A stretch of 61,012 nt of DNA from a virus (IMGVR_UViG_3300031841_002149:1-61012), one strand, 5' to 3'; positions 1-11,518 are shown, numbered from the stretch's first letter. Notes: a model not told the origin generated them from the letters alone. Numbers and translations are program-made.

Positions 1-26
1 TCTCATCGGAGTGAGGGGGCTAGAGC

Positions 27-3000
27 GTGGCAGACTACTTTTGGAAGGGTGGCTCAGGCTCAAACGGTTGGAGTACCGCAGCGAATTGGGTTAATAGTGG
101 TGGGAGTGCTTACGGTACTCCCCCAACTGCTAGTGATACAGTTATCTTTGATGACACAGGTCAGACTGACTGTGTGTTGGATAACACGAATCTAACGGCA
201 AACTATATCTACATAGATAGCGACTTCGGTCATTCTCTCACCATGAGTGGTTTGAGCGCAAAAGTAGTCATGAACGGTATGGAAGTATCGAAGGCCGCCG
301 TGTTTAACTTTACCGCTTCAACTGAGTTTGAGTTGCGATCAACCGCTTCCGGTTGGACTTCCTATGTCAACAGCAGTAGCACCACATCTAACAACCTCTA
401 CATACGGTATCTCATAGATAGCAGTCCTTTCGCTAACGATACTTCTAGGTATGCTACCATATACGACTTCAATAGCAAGGACTACTGCTTGGTGGATGGT
501 GTTTATCCTACTATAGACAGACCCGGAAACCTAGAGGCCAAGGCCATATTCAAGGACACAAGCGGCGGTGCTTTCAACTCCTACGGGTCAGTCGATCTAC
601 TTGCCTTCACGAACAACGAGTTCACCTCCACAAGCACGAACCCCGACGTGTATGACTACGACAAGGAATTCTACTTTGAGGGTAGGTATGGTTCAGATTC
701 CTCTCTTGCATACAGGATAGGTGAGAACTTCAAGTTCGGTCACACCACCGTCATATTCAGGGCAGGGACAGATTCTAACGGACAACACTTTCAAGTCCCT
801 GTCAAGGGCGACATCATATCATCCGGTTCCCCAAGGGGAAACACCACGACCAATGTGTTCAACGTGCAGTACCACAAGGTAATCATACGTGCGCCCCCTC
901 TCCTATCAGAACCAAGATACTGCTACATAGAGGATGGTAGGACGCTAGAGTGCAACGAGTTGGTCATAGAGGCTGGTGGTAGGCTCTACGGGCCAGCAGA
1001 AGGTGAGCAGGTAGCCTCGTCCAAGATCAAGTCGGTCAAGAGGCCGACGGTGCAGGGTGATTGGAACTTCAAGCAGATAGCCGACGGTATCTACGAGAGC
1101 ATAGACAACATCCCCACGCTTCCCGTCACGGAGGGCGGAACGGGGCTGAACGTCGTTGAGAAGGCTGGAATACTCTACGGCGACGGCCAAAACCCGTTGG
1201 GTGTCTTATCCCTTGGAACGAGGACACAAGTTCTAGTGGTAAACGATAACGAAGACGGGGTTGAATGGGGTCAGCCCGAACATTTGCAGATACAAGTCAG
1301 AAACGATGAAGGAACGACCATTCCCGTTGGTGCGCCCCTCTACTCAAAGGGTGAGATAGGCGGTAGCCAAAGAATACTCGTAGGTATCGCTGACGCTGGC
1401 GATGCGAATAAAATGCCGTGTATAGGCCTAGCAAACGCAGAAATGAATACCACAACCACAAAGGACAACTATGCAACCGTGGGTGGGGTGTATAACATAA
1501 ACTTAGACAGTGGCTTTTCAGGATTAAATGAGGGGGATATTCTTTATGTCAAGAATTGGTCAGGGACACCTACTGCCCCCTCGGACGTTCTAACTACGAC
1601 AAAGCCAACAGGTCCGACTGAATTGGTTCAAAACGTGGGTATCATCCTCAAAACCAACGGAACGATAATTCAAGGTCTTCTCGTATCGGTGATCGGTAGG
1701 ACCAACGACGTTCCCAACACCATCAGCATAGAGGGTGACATCACATCAAACGGCAACATCTCTGCCTTAGACGGAACCATAACCGCAAATACGTTTGTGG
1801 GTGGTTATGACACAGGCGATGCTATATACAGAACATTCAACCCTGCGGATCACCTTAAGTTGCAGACGTATGACGCAGGGACTCCGGGTTTCGTCACGGA
1901 ATTGGAGATTCTCAACGACCAAGGTGGCATTCAGATCACCAATGACCTGACTGTAGGCGGAGACTTGACCGTAAGTGGGACCACGACCACGCTCAACACA
2001 CAGACCGTAGAGGTCGAGGACAACATCTTACAGTTGAACACCACACAAGGTAGCCCTGACACCGCTACCGACCCTGTATCGGGTATCGAGATATACCGAG
2101 GAAGTGGTGTAAACGTCGCCTCCTTCAAGTTCTTAGACAACAGTTCAGACAGGTGGCAGTTATACAATGGAACAGCCGCTATGGACTTCTACATGACGGG
2201 AGGTGTCTCTGAGATGAGTGCCAACAGCAACAGCCTGTATCTCACGACCAAGCGTGACGGTGACGACATCCATCTTAGAACAGGAACGACTGAGACTACG
2301 AGGATGTATATAGATGGTGGGCAAGATTACTCAGGATATGTCGGCATAGGCACTCAGACTCCTGCATCACCACTTCACGTCTATCACACAGACAACACAG
2401 GCATTCCCGGCATAACGATAGAAACTGCTGCGAGCGCAGCACAAAGCGACAGCAAACTTAGGATAAAGGAGAGTCATGGCTCGGCAACGTGGGTCGATTT
2501 CACAGTCAACACCTTTGGTCAGTTGGAGATAACAGGAGGTGCGACCACAAGGAGGCAGATATTCACAGCAGACGACCCTGACACGGATGACCTCGGTGTA
2601 ATCAGTCTGAATAAGGATCACTATGAGTGGGACACTCAGATATTCGGTGACTCAAGCACACCTGTCATTTTTGTTGATGGTACGAACAACAGGATGGGTG
2701 TAGGTCTGACTAATCCATCAACTGAATTAGAGATAGCCTCAACCGGAACGCTAAAACTAGGTAATGCAGAATTGGTAGCCAATCAATTCCGAATCAACAA
2801 CACAGGTGGCTACGCCCAAGTGGAACTAGGTGGTTCACTTGGTGCTTTCATAGACTTGAAAAGTCCATTTTCTACCGATGACTACGACTTGAGACTAATA
2901 TCTAGTGGTTCAGGCGGAACGATACAGACATCAGGCAACGCTAACTTGGGTATCAATGTAGGTACGGGAGCGGTAGCAATAACAGGAAATATGTCGGTAT

Positions 3001-5858
3001 CAACAGGAAATGTGACGGTATCAAGCACACTCCCACTAATATCACTCATAGACACTGATGCCACCAACTCACCAACCGTTAAGATATACAACAACAACGG
3101 CAACATGAGTCTGAGGGCTGACAGTGAGAACGTAGGTACAGGTGGGGTCATTGACTTCCAAACATCCGGTTCCGAGAAGATGAGACTCACTGATGCCGGT
3201 AATCTCGGTATAGGCACTACGAGTCCTGATGCACCACTTCATGTCGAACACTCATCCGGTCTGATAGCCAAGTTCGGAGAGGGCAACGTAGAGACTCAAG
3301 TGACGTTTGCCGATGCTAGGGCCATGATTGGCTATGTCGGTGACTCGTTGATGCTACAAGGTGGAGCAGGTAATAAATTCGTTAGATTCGCAGTCAACAA
3401 CGGGACATTTGGTAGCGGTGAGGTTGCTAGGTTCGATACGTCAGGTAATTTTGGATTAGGCATTACGGGTCCAACCGCTAAATTACACGTAGATGAGGCT
3501 GGCCTGAATGCAGCGTCCTTGACCTTCGATGCGGCTGCCGGACAGATATTCACCAACGAAAACTCACAGTTCGCATTTGGCCTTCACAACGCTTCTCCAT
3601 ACCCACTATACATCCAAGGTAGGACTCATACCAATGGCACTCGACAGATGGTTCTCAACCCGTTGGGGGGCAACGTAGGTATCGGTGCTTTGGATGCTGA
3701 CGATGCCCCGCTCCATGTCAAGCACACAGGGAATGGCGACACTCTAATCCTTGAGTCAACCGATGCTGCCGGTACAGACAATGACATGGCTCCCAACCTC
3801 GTTCTGTTGAGAAGCGGAACCCCGGCTCAAAGCACCAACACCGATGCCGGGAAGATACAGTTCAAGGCATTGGATGATGGTTCGACAACTCGATTGTTGG
3901 GCCACATACAGTCTGAGTTCAACACAGCGAGTGGTAGCAATGGGTCTGCGAGAATGAGATTCAATGTATCATCATCAGGCGGTAGCGGCCACAACGACTA
4001 CGAGTACCTTCGATTCGATGGTGGGGTGCGGGATGTCGTGTTCAACGAGTCTGGAATCGACATAGATGTGAGAATAGAGGGCGATTCGGACACCGCCCTT
4101 TTCTTCACGGATGCTTCGTCTGACCTCATAGGAATTGGGACGACAAGCCCCGCAGCCAAATTGGATGTGAGGACAGGCTCAGGTTTCGCCATCAATATAG
4201 GTGCTGATGTAAATACCACGACCCTTACTGATAGCACTAGGAAGTTCGCAAGAATAGGCTTGCCCCATTACACCAACGCTGAAGAACCCGTCACCATACT
4301 AACAGCAGATTCAGAAAGTAGTTATTCAAGAATATCAATTGGTGGGGGAACAGGTTCAGGCAACGCCCCCTCTCAGATTTTCTTCTACGCAGAATCAAAC
4401 ACCACTACTCTTTCTAACGGTAGCGCAAGAGCGGCAATAACATCAACCGGATTGGGAATAGGCACTACGAGTCCCTCAACAGAACTCCATGTATCGGGTG
4501 CTGACCATCCCTCAATAAGAGTCACAGGAACAGACAACGCAAATGCTGACCCTGCAATCGAGTTATTGGGAACTGATGACTCCTTCGTTGAAGGAGGGCA
4601 ACTGTGGTATGACAACAGCACAGGAGTCCTTCACCTTGCATCGCTCTACAACAACGCTGCCGCAGACATACAATTCCATACGAGAGTGGGAGCAGATAGG
4701 TCAACATCAAACGTGAGAATGACGATAGAGGGAGACGGTAATGTTGGCATAGGAACGTCGAGTCCCTCTAGCAAGTTGGAGGTCGATGGCACGATAACTG
4801 CCACGGCATTCTCAGGTGAGGTGCAACCGAAGGCGACGACGGCGACGGCTGGTGCGGGTACTACAGACTACTATGCGAAGTTGCTCACCTTCAACCCCGG
4901 TGGTAGTACCACACGGGATTGCAACCTCATACTAGGCGTTACCGCCCACGACCAAGGGGCAGTCGGAAGCGCGATAATCAGCGTCAAGTTCCGCTCCAAC
5001 GGAACCACCGCACAATACACCGCCGATGTAGCCTTCATGTCCAAGAGCGGAAATTCCATCTTCGACAAAGATGCCTTTCAGATATTCAGCGACGGCAACC
5101 TCGTAGCGCAAGACAATAACACGGACATCGAACTGTGGGTGAAGAAGAACAACAACTACGGTGCATTAGAGGTACACGAAATATCCAAGGCCATTACGGG
5201 CGGTACTACCACGCTTACCTACCACACTGATTCTGCATGGCAGTCTTCCGCCCCAACCAACAACGCATTCACGACAACCACACAGGGAATTGAGTTGAAC
5301 TTGGATGAGGTTCGCATGGGCGTGGCAGGATCAGATACATACCTGTACTTGCATCCTAATACGCCGAACTCCTACCTTCTTGCCACTACTGCTGGTGATG
5401 TCACGGTACTCGCAGACGACGACCTGACGCTCCACGCTGACAGTGACATCTTCTTCCAATCAGGAGGGGCAAACACAAGGATGACTGTTGCCTCCAATGG
5501 CGATGTCTCAGTTGTAGGGGCCTTCTCAGCCGCTACCAAGTCTTTCGACATAGAACACCCAACAAAGGAGGGAATGAGGCTGCACCACGGCTCGCTTGAG
5601 GGACCGGAGCATGGTGTGTATGTCCGTGGTAGGTTGGAGGGCGATGTCATTGATCTACCTGACTATTGGCTAGGTTTGGTGGATGAAGATACTATAACCG
5701 TTCAACTAACTGCAAACAGAAGTTTCCAACAACTATACGTTGATGAGATAGCAGACAACAAGATATACGTCGGCACACAGACAGATACGCCGATTGACTG
5801 CTTCTACTTCGTACAGGCCGAGAGAAAGGACGTTGACAAGATGGAGGTCGAATACTAA
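27..5858 (+). CDS. Long tail fibre protein with repeated GIGTxxP modules and a C-terminal chaperone-like domain
   Basis: 1943 aa, G/S/T/N-rich, many (V/L)GIGTxxP repeats. The C-terminal KSFDIEHP...LHHGSLEGPE...LPDYW...VQAERKD block is typical of marine virus fibre C-termini. Confidence 0.75.
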   Translation: MADYFWKGGSGSNGWSTAANWVNSGGSAYGTPPTASDTVIFDDTGQTDCVLDNTNLTANYIYIDSDFGHSLTMSGLSAKVVMNGMEVSKAAVFNFTASTEFELRSTASGWTSYVNSSSTTSNNLYIRYLIDSSPFANDTSRYATIYDFNSKDYCLVDGVYPTIDRPGNLEAKAIFKDTSGGAFNSYGSVDLLAFTNNEFTSTSTNPDVYDYDKEFYFEGRYGSDSSLAYRIGENFKFGHTTVIFRAGTDSNGQHFQVPVKGDIISSGSPRGNTTTNVFNVQYHKVIIRAPPLLSEPRYCYIEDGRTLECNELVIEAGGRLYGPAEGEQVASSKIKSVKRPTVQGDWNFKQIADGIYESIDNIPTLPVTEGGTGLNVVEKAGILYGDGQNPLGVLSLGTRTQVLVVNDNEDGVEWGQPEHLQIQVRNDEGTTIPVGAPLYSKGEIGGSQRILVGIADAGDANKMPCIGLANAEMNTTTTKDNYATVGGVYNINLDSGFSGLNEGDILYVKNWSGTPTAPSDVLTTTKPTGPTELVQNVGIILKTNGTIIQGLLVSVIGRTNDVPNTISIEGDITSNGNISALDGTITANTFVGGYDTGDAIYRTFNPADHLKLQTYDAGTPGFVTELEILNDQGGIQITNDLTVGGDLTVSGTTTTLNTQTVEVEDNILQLNTTQGSPDTATDPVSGIEIYRGSGVNVASFKFLDNSSDRWQLYNGTAAMDFYMTGGVSEMSANSNSLYLTTKRDGDDIHLRTGTTETTRMYIDGGQDYSGYVGIGTQTPASPLHVYHTDNTGIPGITIETAASAAQSDSKLRIKESHGSATWVDFTVNTFGQLEITGGATTRRQIFTADDPDTDDLGVISLNKDHYEWDTQIFGDSSTPVIFVDGTNNRMGVGLTNPSTELEIASTGTLKLGNAELVANQFRINNTGGYAQVELGGSLGAFIDLKSPFSTDDYDLRLISSGSGGTIQTSGNANLGINVGTGAVAITGNMSVSTGNVTVSSTLPLISLIDTDATNSPTVKIYNNNGNMSLRADSENVGTGGVIDFQTSGSEKMRLTDAGNLGIGTTSPDAPLHVEHSSGLIAKFGEGNVETQVTFADARAMIGYVGDSLMLQGGAGNKFVRFAVNNGTFGSGEVARFDTSGNFGLGITGPTAKLHVDEAGLNAASLTFDAAAGQIFTNENSQFAFGLHNASPYPLYIQGRTHTNGTRQMVLNPLGGNVGIGALDADDAPLHVKHTGNGDTLILESTDAAGTDNDMAPNLVLLRSGTPAQSTNTDAGKIQFKALDDGSTTRLLGHIQSEFNTASGSNGSARMRFNVSSSGGSGHNDYEYLRFDGGVRDVVFNESGIDIDVRIEGDSDTALFFTDASSDLIGIGTTSPAAKLDVRTGSGFAINIGADVNTTTLTDSTRKFARIGLPHYTNAEEPVTILTADSESSYSRISIGGGTGSGNAPSQIFFYAESNTTTLSNGSARAAITSTGLGIGTTSPSTELHVSGADHPSIRVTGTDNANADPAIELLGTDDSFVEGGQLWYDNSTGVLHLASLYNNAAADIQFHTRVGADRSTSNVRMTIEGDGNVGIGTSSPSSKLEVDGTITATAFSGEVQPKATTATAGAGTTDYYAKLLTFNPGGSTTRDCNLILGVTAHDQGAVGSAIISVKFRSNGTTAQYTADVAFMSKSGNSIFDKDAFQIFSDGNLVAQDNNTDIELWVKKNNNYGALEVHEISKAITGGTTTLTYHTDSAWQSSAPTNNAFTTTTQGIELNLDEVRMGVAGSDTYLYLHPNTPNSYLLATTAGDVTVLADDDLTLHADSDIFFQSGGANTRMTVASNGDVSVVGAFSAATKSFDIEHPTKEGMRLHHGSLEGPEHGVYVRGRLEGDVIDLPDYWLGLVDEDTITVQLTANRSFQQLYVDEIADNKIYVGTQTDTPIDCFYFVQAERKDVDKMEVEY

Positions 5859-8392
5859 TGGCGACATACACAAGCACACAAAGCGGTGATTGGGATGTGG
5901 CTGCCACTTGGGGCGGGGGCGGTACGCCTAGTGCTAGTGGAGACATCGCCAACATAGCAAGCGGCCACACCGTCACCTACGATCAAGCCGTCAGCAACCA
6001 ATTGGGCGATGTCAACATCAACACCGGAGGTATTCTCGTACATTCGGCAAGCATGGAGTTGAATGGCCGCATGACGATAAACGGCACGTTGCATCAGAAG
6101 CCCGGTTCCAAGATACTGTTCGCAGGAGATGACAACCAAACACACGGGTTGTGGATGGAAAACAACACCAATGCCCACTACATCGCAGAAGGCTCCGATG
6201 GTATGCCTACGACCTTAAGCAACGGTGCTAAGGACATAGGCGACACAGTTCTCACAGTAGATGATGCCACCTACTTCATCGCAGGTGAGTGGATCGCTAT
6301 CTACAACCTAGACAACACATCGACTGAGGGTGACTACGACGATTCCCGTTATGCAGACGAGGGTGTTTGGATTCACGACAAGAACGGCAACGACATCTAC
6401 TTCAAGCAGTTCGTGGGGCCGGATGATGTCACCTTGACTGCGACAGCAGATTCCTCGGCCACCACGATAACCGTCTCCAACGCCAAGGTGTTCAGGGTGG
6501 GCGACAGGATCATCTTCGGGACAGGCAACACCAACCGCAACGTATGTAGGATCAAGACCATCAACTACAAGACAAACGTGATGAGTCTGATGAACCTAGC
6601 AGACACCAACGACTACACAGTGGCGGGAAGCAACGCAAGTGGCACATACGTCTACAAGACGGGCTTCACGAAGCCGCACAGGGACAACAGCCGTGTGAGG
6701 AAGTGCGCCACCGTCACCACAGCCGCAAGCACCTCCACGGACACTACCATTACCCTAGCGCAAGACGAGAAGTTTGAGGCCGGAGACATCATCGTGATAG
6801 AGTGCCACTTGCAGACTGCGGGCAGCACAAGCAACAGGGATTGGAACTCGTATGAAACGAGGCACATAGTCCAAAGCAGGAGCAGCAACACACTGACCCT
6901 GACGGCAGCAATAGGCTACAACGTGCCTGTGGGATCGCTTGTGACGAGGCTTACGAGGGACATAGAGGTGGGGGCCGTGCAATCAGGCTCCACCGCCATA
7001 GACGACTCGACCAACATAGGCTTCTTCTACGCCGAGCATTACAGTGGCAACTACAACAGGTCGCTGTTCCTCAAGGACGTGTTCTTCAACAACGTGGGCA
7101 ACAACAACAACAACTTCTACAGTGGGTTCACGATCAGGGGCTACTTTAGCACCAACGACCTACCTGTGACGTTGAGCAGTCCGGCTGCCGGAAACTACCA
7201 ATCCATGTCCACGGAGCCGTGGATAGAGGGATGCACTGTGATGGTGAACGGCAACGGAAGAAGGGACTACTCCGGTATGTGGGGCTACGACTCTAGGAAC
7301 TCATGCTTCAGGGCGTGTGTCTCCTGCAACGGCGACGAGGGCTTTACCGTCCATTGGGATCCAAGCCAACGAATCTACAACTGCTTCGCCATACAGAACA
7401 ACGACAGGGGCATAAGGTATCAAGGACAGCACTACAACCATGAGGTAGCGTACTGCTACCTCAACAGAAACGGCACTTACGGAATCTACCTAGAGGCGGT
7501 CTACAACGCCGGTAGGGGAATTCATGACATAATCATCAACGTGACTGACATCGCTCCCCTTTGGTTCAACAGGAGCGGAGGCTTCCACGGCAACATATGG
7601 AAGATAGACTCCAAGGACGCTTTGTACGAGGGACCATACCTAGGGGAGACAGGTGGTGCTGACGTGTCCATCCTCTACTCACGCATGAGGCCGATAGAGT
7701 ACCAAAGCAAACTAGGGCCGTTAAGACAAAGTGGTTCCGCCTACGCAGGGAGGCAAGGCTACTCAAGCGACAACATGGTGGCTAGGTTCATAGAGGCAGA
7801 CTTTGAGTATGATAGCGTTATCAACTACACCTACTACATGAGGTACATTTGGATTCCCGAAGAGGGAGCATATCTAATCAGTAGGACGTTCCATGACGAG
7901 AGTGAGAGGGCAGCCCTCGCTGAGTTGTTCTACGTCCCTGCCAACTCCACCGCTAGAATCAGGATTGCGTGTAAACCCACCACGGGCTTCTCAGGAAGTG
8001 AGCCAAACGCCTTCGTGCAGTCCATCTCCGCCTTCACCGACTACTCCGTTGACGGGGGTGATCCCTTCGGTGGTAGCAACGAGGGCGCGAGCAGGGACTC
8101 CGCACTCACGCTTGGTCAAACCTTTGCCTCGTTTGAGAGCAATACGGATTGGCAGAACATAGACCTCACTGTGGATGCCGTGCCGTTCAGCAGGTATCTG
8201 AGAGCGGGTATCGGCGCGTATGACAACGACAACAGCGAGGGCTTCTACATGAGGCCGATAGAGGTCTACCTCGACAATATGCCCGCCCACAGGGACATGA
8301 TGCTAGGAGACACGACAGAAACTACTAAAAATCCTACAAGATATGGTGATAGTCATGGAGTTATCTATAGAAGATGGGGAGGGACGGTATAA
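5858..8392 (+). CDS. Tail spike / beta-helix (G8- and pectin-lyase-like) virion protein
   Basis: 844 aa. N-terminal SGDWDVAATWGGG..P..GD..I.SGHTV motif and central beta-helix-like repeats. TAATG coupling to the upstream fibre gene. Confidence 0.6.
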   Translation: MATYTSTQSGDWDVAATWGGGGTPSASGDIANIASGHTVTYDQAVSNQLGDVNINTGGILVHSASMELNGRMTINGTLHQKPGSKILFAGDDNQTHGLWMENNTNAHYIAEGSDGMPTTLSNGAKDIGDTVLTVDDATYFIAGEWIAIYNLDNTSTEGDYDDSRYADEGVWIHDKNGNDIYFKQFVGPDDVTLTATADSSATTITVSNAKVFRVGDRIIFGTGNTNRNVCRIKTINYKTNVMSLMNLADTNDYTVAGSNASGTYVYKTGFTKPHRDNSRVRKCATVTTAASTSTDTTITLAQDEKFEAGDIIVIECHLQTAGSTSNRDWNSYETRHIVQSRSSNTLTLTAAIGYNVPVGSLVTRLTRDIEVGAVQSGSTAIDDSTNIGFFYAEHYSGNYNRSLFLKDVFFNNVGNNNNNFYSGFTIRGYFSTNDLPVTLSSPAAGNYQSMSTEPWIEGCTVMVNGNGRRDYSGMWGYDSRNSCFRACVSCNGDEGFTVHWDPSQRIYNCFAIQNNDRGIRYQGQHYNHEVAYCYLNRNGTYGIYLEAVYNAGRGIHDIIINVTDIAPLWFNRSGGFHGNIWKIDSKDALYEGPYLGETGGADVSILYSRMRPIEYQSKLGPLRQSGSAYAGRQGYSSDNMVARFIEADFEYDSVINYTYYMRYIWIPEEGAYLISRTFHDESERAALAELFYVPANSTARIRIACKPTTGFSGSEPNAFVQSISAFTDYSVDGGDPFGGSNEGASRDSALTLGQTFASFESNTDWQNIDLTVDAVPFSRYLRAGIGAYDNDNSEGFYMRPIEVYLDNMPAHRDMMLGDTTETTKNPTRYGDSHGVIYRRWGGTV

Positions 8393-10770
8393 TGTCAGAT
8401 GACGTGTTGATTACCCCTGCCTCACGGAAGGTCGAGTTCTTCGATAGCGGTGGCAACATAGACGGTAAGATAGAGTTGGATGCTAGTGGCAACTTGAACA
8501 TCACCTCTACGGGTAGCATAGGCATAGGAGACATCACACAGGACATACACATAGGCGACGGGACGCAAGCCGTTGACTTGGTGTTCGACTTCACAAGCAG
8601 CATCTACTCGGTGGCGAACCAAGACCTCACAATAGGAAAGGGAAGTCTAGGTGGAAATGACATAACTATTGATAGCGCAAGTGCGGTTATCCTCTCCTTA
8701 GCGGGAACGGAACAGGCCCGCCTTACCTCCACGGGGCTAGGCATAGGAACCACAAGCCCTGATACAGCATTGGAGATAATGAATGGCACACTGAAGATAA
8801 CGAGGGAGGAAACAGATGACCCTGCTGGATCAGGAGTGACTGAGGACGATGTTAGCCTCAATGTCGCGGGTGGATTGAGGTGGACGTTCTCAAAGTCCTT
8901 CGATGACCCGAACCCTGTTCCAATAGGAACAACGACTGACAACGATGTAAGGATAATAAGAAACAACCAAACCCACACATATTGGTATTGGGACAGGACT
9001 TATTTCTCCAAGAAAGTTGGGATAGGTACGACAACTATTGACGCACCGCTCCACGTTCAAAGCGCAAGTGACTTACTATCAATATTTGAATCGACAGATG
9101 CTAACGCAGGGATAAGGATAGACTCACCCGATGATGGATATTCAGTGGTTTTCTTTGCGGAAGGAGGAACAGACAAGTGGAGTCTCGGCAAGTTAGCAAA
9201 CAACTCAGACAAGTTCTCCATCTATGATGAGGTGAATAACACACCGAGATTGGTTATTGACACAGATGGTGATATTGGAATTGGCACTTTAACTCCTGAT
9301 GCTAAGTTGGACATAGAGCAGACCGATGGTGCGGTTCACGGCTTGAAGGTGTATAGAAACGATTCAAGCACATCTACCCCATTGGTTTACCTTCATGATG
9401 ACAGCATATATGTGGACAATCCCACTCTCCATGTAAAGAACGATAGAACAGACCAATTCGGATATGCTGCTATCTTTGAGGGTAGTGTCGGTATAAATAA
9501 TACAGCACCCACCGTACCTCTTGATGTCAATGGAGATGTCTTCATTGGCGATAGTAGCGAGACAACCGCACTCTCAGGCTCGGCAGACCTGACGATGCAA
9601 GGAGACACCGCACTTGTCACGTTTAAGGCTGATAATGGCTCATCAGGCGACATAATAGCAGGTATTCGTGTATTCGCAGATTCGTTTCGTTCAGCAGGTA
9701 TGATTATTGGTGACTACAACAACACTACGGGTGCTACTACAGAAGATTGGTTGATTGGAAGGCAATACGCATCTGCGACCAAAGTAGGAATATCAGCAAC
9801 GCCTGAGAATGGGGGCGATGAGTATCTAACCGCCAACTCAGATGGTCAGAAGGCTGTAAAGATAGCAGGTGACAACGACGACATCGACTTCATCATACAC
9901 GGTTCTAGCGGTGAGTATTTCCGAGCGGAAGCATCAACAGGAAGGATCGGAATAGGTGTAAGCGCACCCCTGTCTACTTTGGACATAGGGGCTAGTGGTG
10001 TTCTGACATTCGGAAACGTGAGAACGCAGTTGAAGATAACCAACTCCACAGACCTACAGTTGGGTCACGCCGACAACGCACACATACTCATTGACACCTT
10101 CAACAACTCAACCACGAATTACTTCTCGGTGAGGAAGAACAGCACAACCGCTTCCTCCGCCACCGAGTTGTTCCGTGTTCAAGAGGATGGTAAGGTAAAG
10201 ATCAACGATACCTACACCTTGCCTACCTCGGCTGGAAACAATGACGAGATATTGACCTACGACACAGCCACTTCAGCCGTGTCTTACTCAAACCTAAGCC
10301 GCCTTGCGATGCCAACCGTCTTGATGGATAGCGGATCACATACCATTACCACATCGGCAACCACAATTCCTTTTGACACAGCGACAATAAATGTTGGGAG
10401 CAACGCAACATTAGGAACACTTTCTAATGAAGGCCATATTGCTTTAACCAAAGGCGGCTACTATAGAGTATCATACAGTCTTCCCGTAGACGAGGGTTCC
10501 AATCACCCGTCACAAGACAGAACAATGATATATGCCTACATGGAAACATCCGATCAACCTGACTTCAGTTCAGGGGTAAGCACAGTCACACAATCAAGGG
10601 CGCAGACATATACAAGGGAGAACTCCGGTGGTTCGGGTCTTTCGACTTCGTTTATCTTTCAACACTCAGGAGAAGAATACATTAGGATAAGAGTATTGTC
10701 TCAACAAGCCTTATTCATATCGACTGAAACAAATACAGCACAGATAAGCATAGAGTATCTAGGGTCTTGA
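8392..10770 (+). CDS. Tail fibre protein with GIGTxxP modules
   Basis: Start placed at ATG 8392 (TAATG overlap). Repeated GIGTTSP/GIGTTTI/GIGTLTP/GIGVSAP modules and a beta-rich C-terminus. Confidence 0.7.
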   Translation: MSDDVLITPASRKVEFFDSGGNIDGKIELDASGNLNITSTGSIGIGDITQDIHIGDGTQAVDLVFDFTSSIYSVANQDLTIGKGSLGGNDITIDSASAVILSLAGTEQARLTSTGLGIGTTSPDTALEIMNGTLKITREETDDPAGSGVTEDDVSLNVAGGLRWTFSKSFDDPNPVPIGTTTDNDVRIIRNNQTHTYWYWDRTYFSKKVGIGTTTIDAPLHVQSASDLLSIFESTDANAGIRIDSPDDGYSVVFFAEGGTDKWSLGKLANNSDKFSIYDEVNNTPRLVIDTDGDIGIGTLTPDAKLDIEQTDGAVHGLKVYRNDSSTSTPLVYLHDDSIYVDNPTLHVKNDRTDQFGYAAIFEGSVGINNTAPTVPLDVNGDVFIGDSSETTALSGSADLTMQGDTALVTFKADNGSSGDIIAGIRVFADSFRSAGMIIGDYNNTTGATTEDWLIGRQYASATKVGISATPENGGDEYLTANSDGQKAVKIAGDNDDIDFIIHGSSGEYFRAEASTGRIGIGVSAPLSTLDIGASGVLTFGNVRTQLKITNSTDLQLGHADNAHILIDTFNNSTTNYFSVRKNSTTASSATELFRVQEDGKVKINDTYTLPTSAGNNDEILTYDTATSAVSYSNLSRLAMPTVLMDSGSHTITTSATTIPFDTATINVGSNATLGTLSNEGHIALTKGGYYRVSYSLPVDEGSNHPSQDRTMIYAYMETSDQPDFSSGVSTVTQSRAQTYTRENSGGSGLSTSFIFQHSGEEYIRIRVLSQQALFISTETNTAQISIEYLGS

Positions 10771-10805
10771 AACAGTTTAAGTATTCTACTATGCGTAGGA
10801 GCATC

Positions 10806-11006
10806 ATGTCTGATAGTGATAGTGAAGTAGACAGGATGAGAGAAGTAGCAACTGACCGCCTTATGTTCATGCGCCTCATGGAGAAGGCCATAAACGACAT
10901 CGACAGCGTTCTTAGCGGCCTCAAGAGGGATGTGCAAGAGTTGTCGATCCAAGTCGCACAGCGAAACGCTGCAAAGGTAGAAGGCGAGCAAGATGAGCAA
11001 GACTAG
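10806..11006 (+). CDS. Small coiled-coil protein (possible fibre assembly chaperone)
   Basis: AGGAG before ATG 10806, heptad-like sequence, position directly after the fibre genes. Confidence 0.5.
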   Translation: MSDSDSEVDRMREVATDRLMFMRLMEKAINDIDSVLSGLKRDVQELSIQVAQRNAAKVEGEQDEQD

Positions 11007-11169
11007 GAGAGGCAAGATCGTCTACAGACCGCCGGAAAAGTCTTATACCAATGTAAACATTGAAGAAACACCTCATGGGTTTAAGATTTACCGGGACGGT
11101 TCGGCACGCCCATTTGCAGTAATACCACACTCAGCCGTGAAGCAAGTAATATACGAAAGAGGGGAATAA
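10993..11169 (+). CDS. Hypothetical 58-aa protein (MSKTRRGKIVYRPPEK...YERGE)
   Basis: Read by hand (below the ORF-track cutoff). Fills the gap and ends 1 nt before the next ATG. Confidence 0.6.
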   Translation: MSKTRRGKIVYRPPEKSYTNVNIEETPHGFKIYRDGSARPFAVIPHSAVKQVIYERGE

Positions 11170-11170
11170 A

Positions 11171-11518
11171 ATGAACAACAGCACAGAATGTTTAGTGGAC
11201 TGCATCAGCGAGAGTTCCTCGCTACTAGACGAAATAGAGATCATTCTCGTCGGGCTTGTCGCCTTGGTCGGTATCGCCGCATGGGGGTACAGGAAGTACA
11301 AGGCAATGATGGCTGATGGAAGCATTTCCCTCAGTGAGATCGTTGACTCTATGGACGAGATCAAGGAGAAGGTAAAGGAAGCGGAGGACATCGTTGAGGA
11401 TGTCACTGAGGCTGCCGAGTCCGTCAAAGCGAAAGCGGTCAAGAAAGAGCGCAAATGCAGCAGTTGTGGTATGCCGGGTCACACAAAGAAAACGTGTCCG
11501 GTGAAAGATCATGAGTGA
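11171..11518 (+). CDS. Single-pass membrane protein with C-terminal CCHC zinc knuckle (holin-like candidate)
   Basis: TM segment IILVGLVALVGIAAWGY and C-terminal CSSCGMPGHTKKTC. Confidence 0.55.
   Translation: MNNSTECLVDCISESSSLLDEIEIILVGLVALVGIAAWGYRKYKAMMADGSISLSEIVDSMDEIKEKVKEAEDIVEDVTEAAESVKAKAVKKERKCSSCGMPGHTKKTCPVKDHE

Noticed and set aside
27-10770. Diversity-generating retroelement acting on the fibre genes
   Set aside because: No reverse transcriptase and no template/variable repeat pair with adenine-specific differences was seen.
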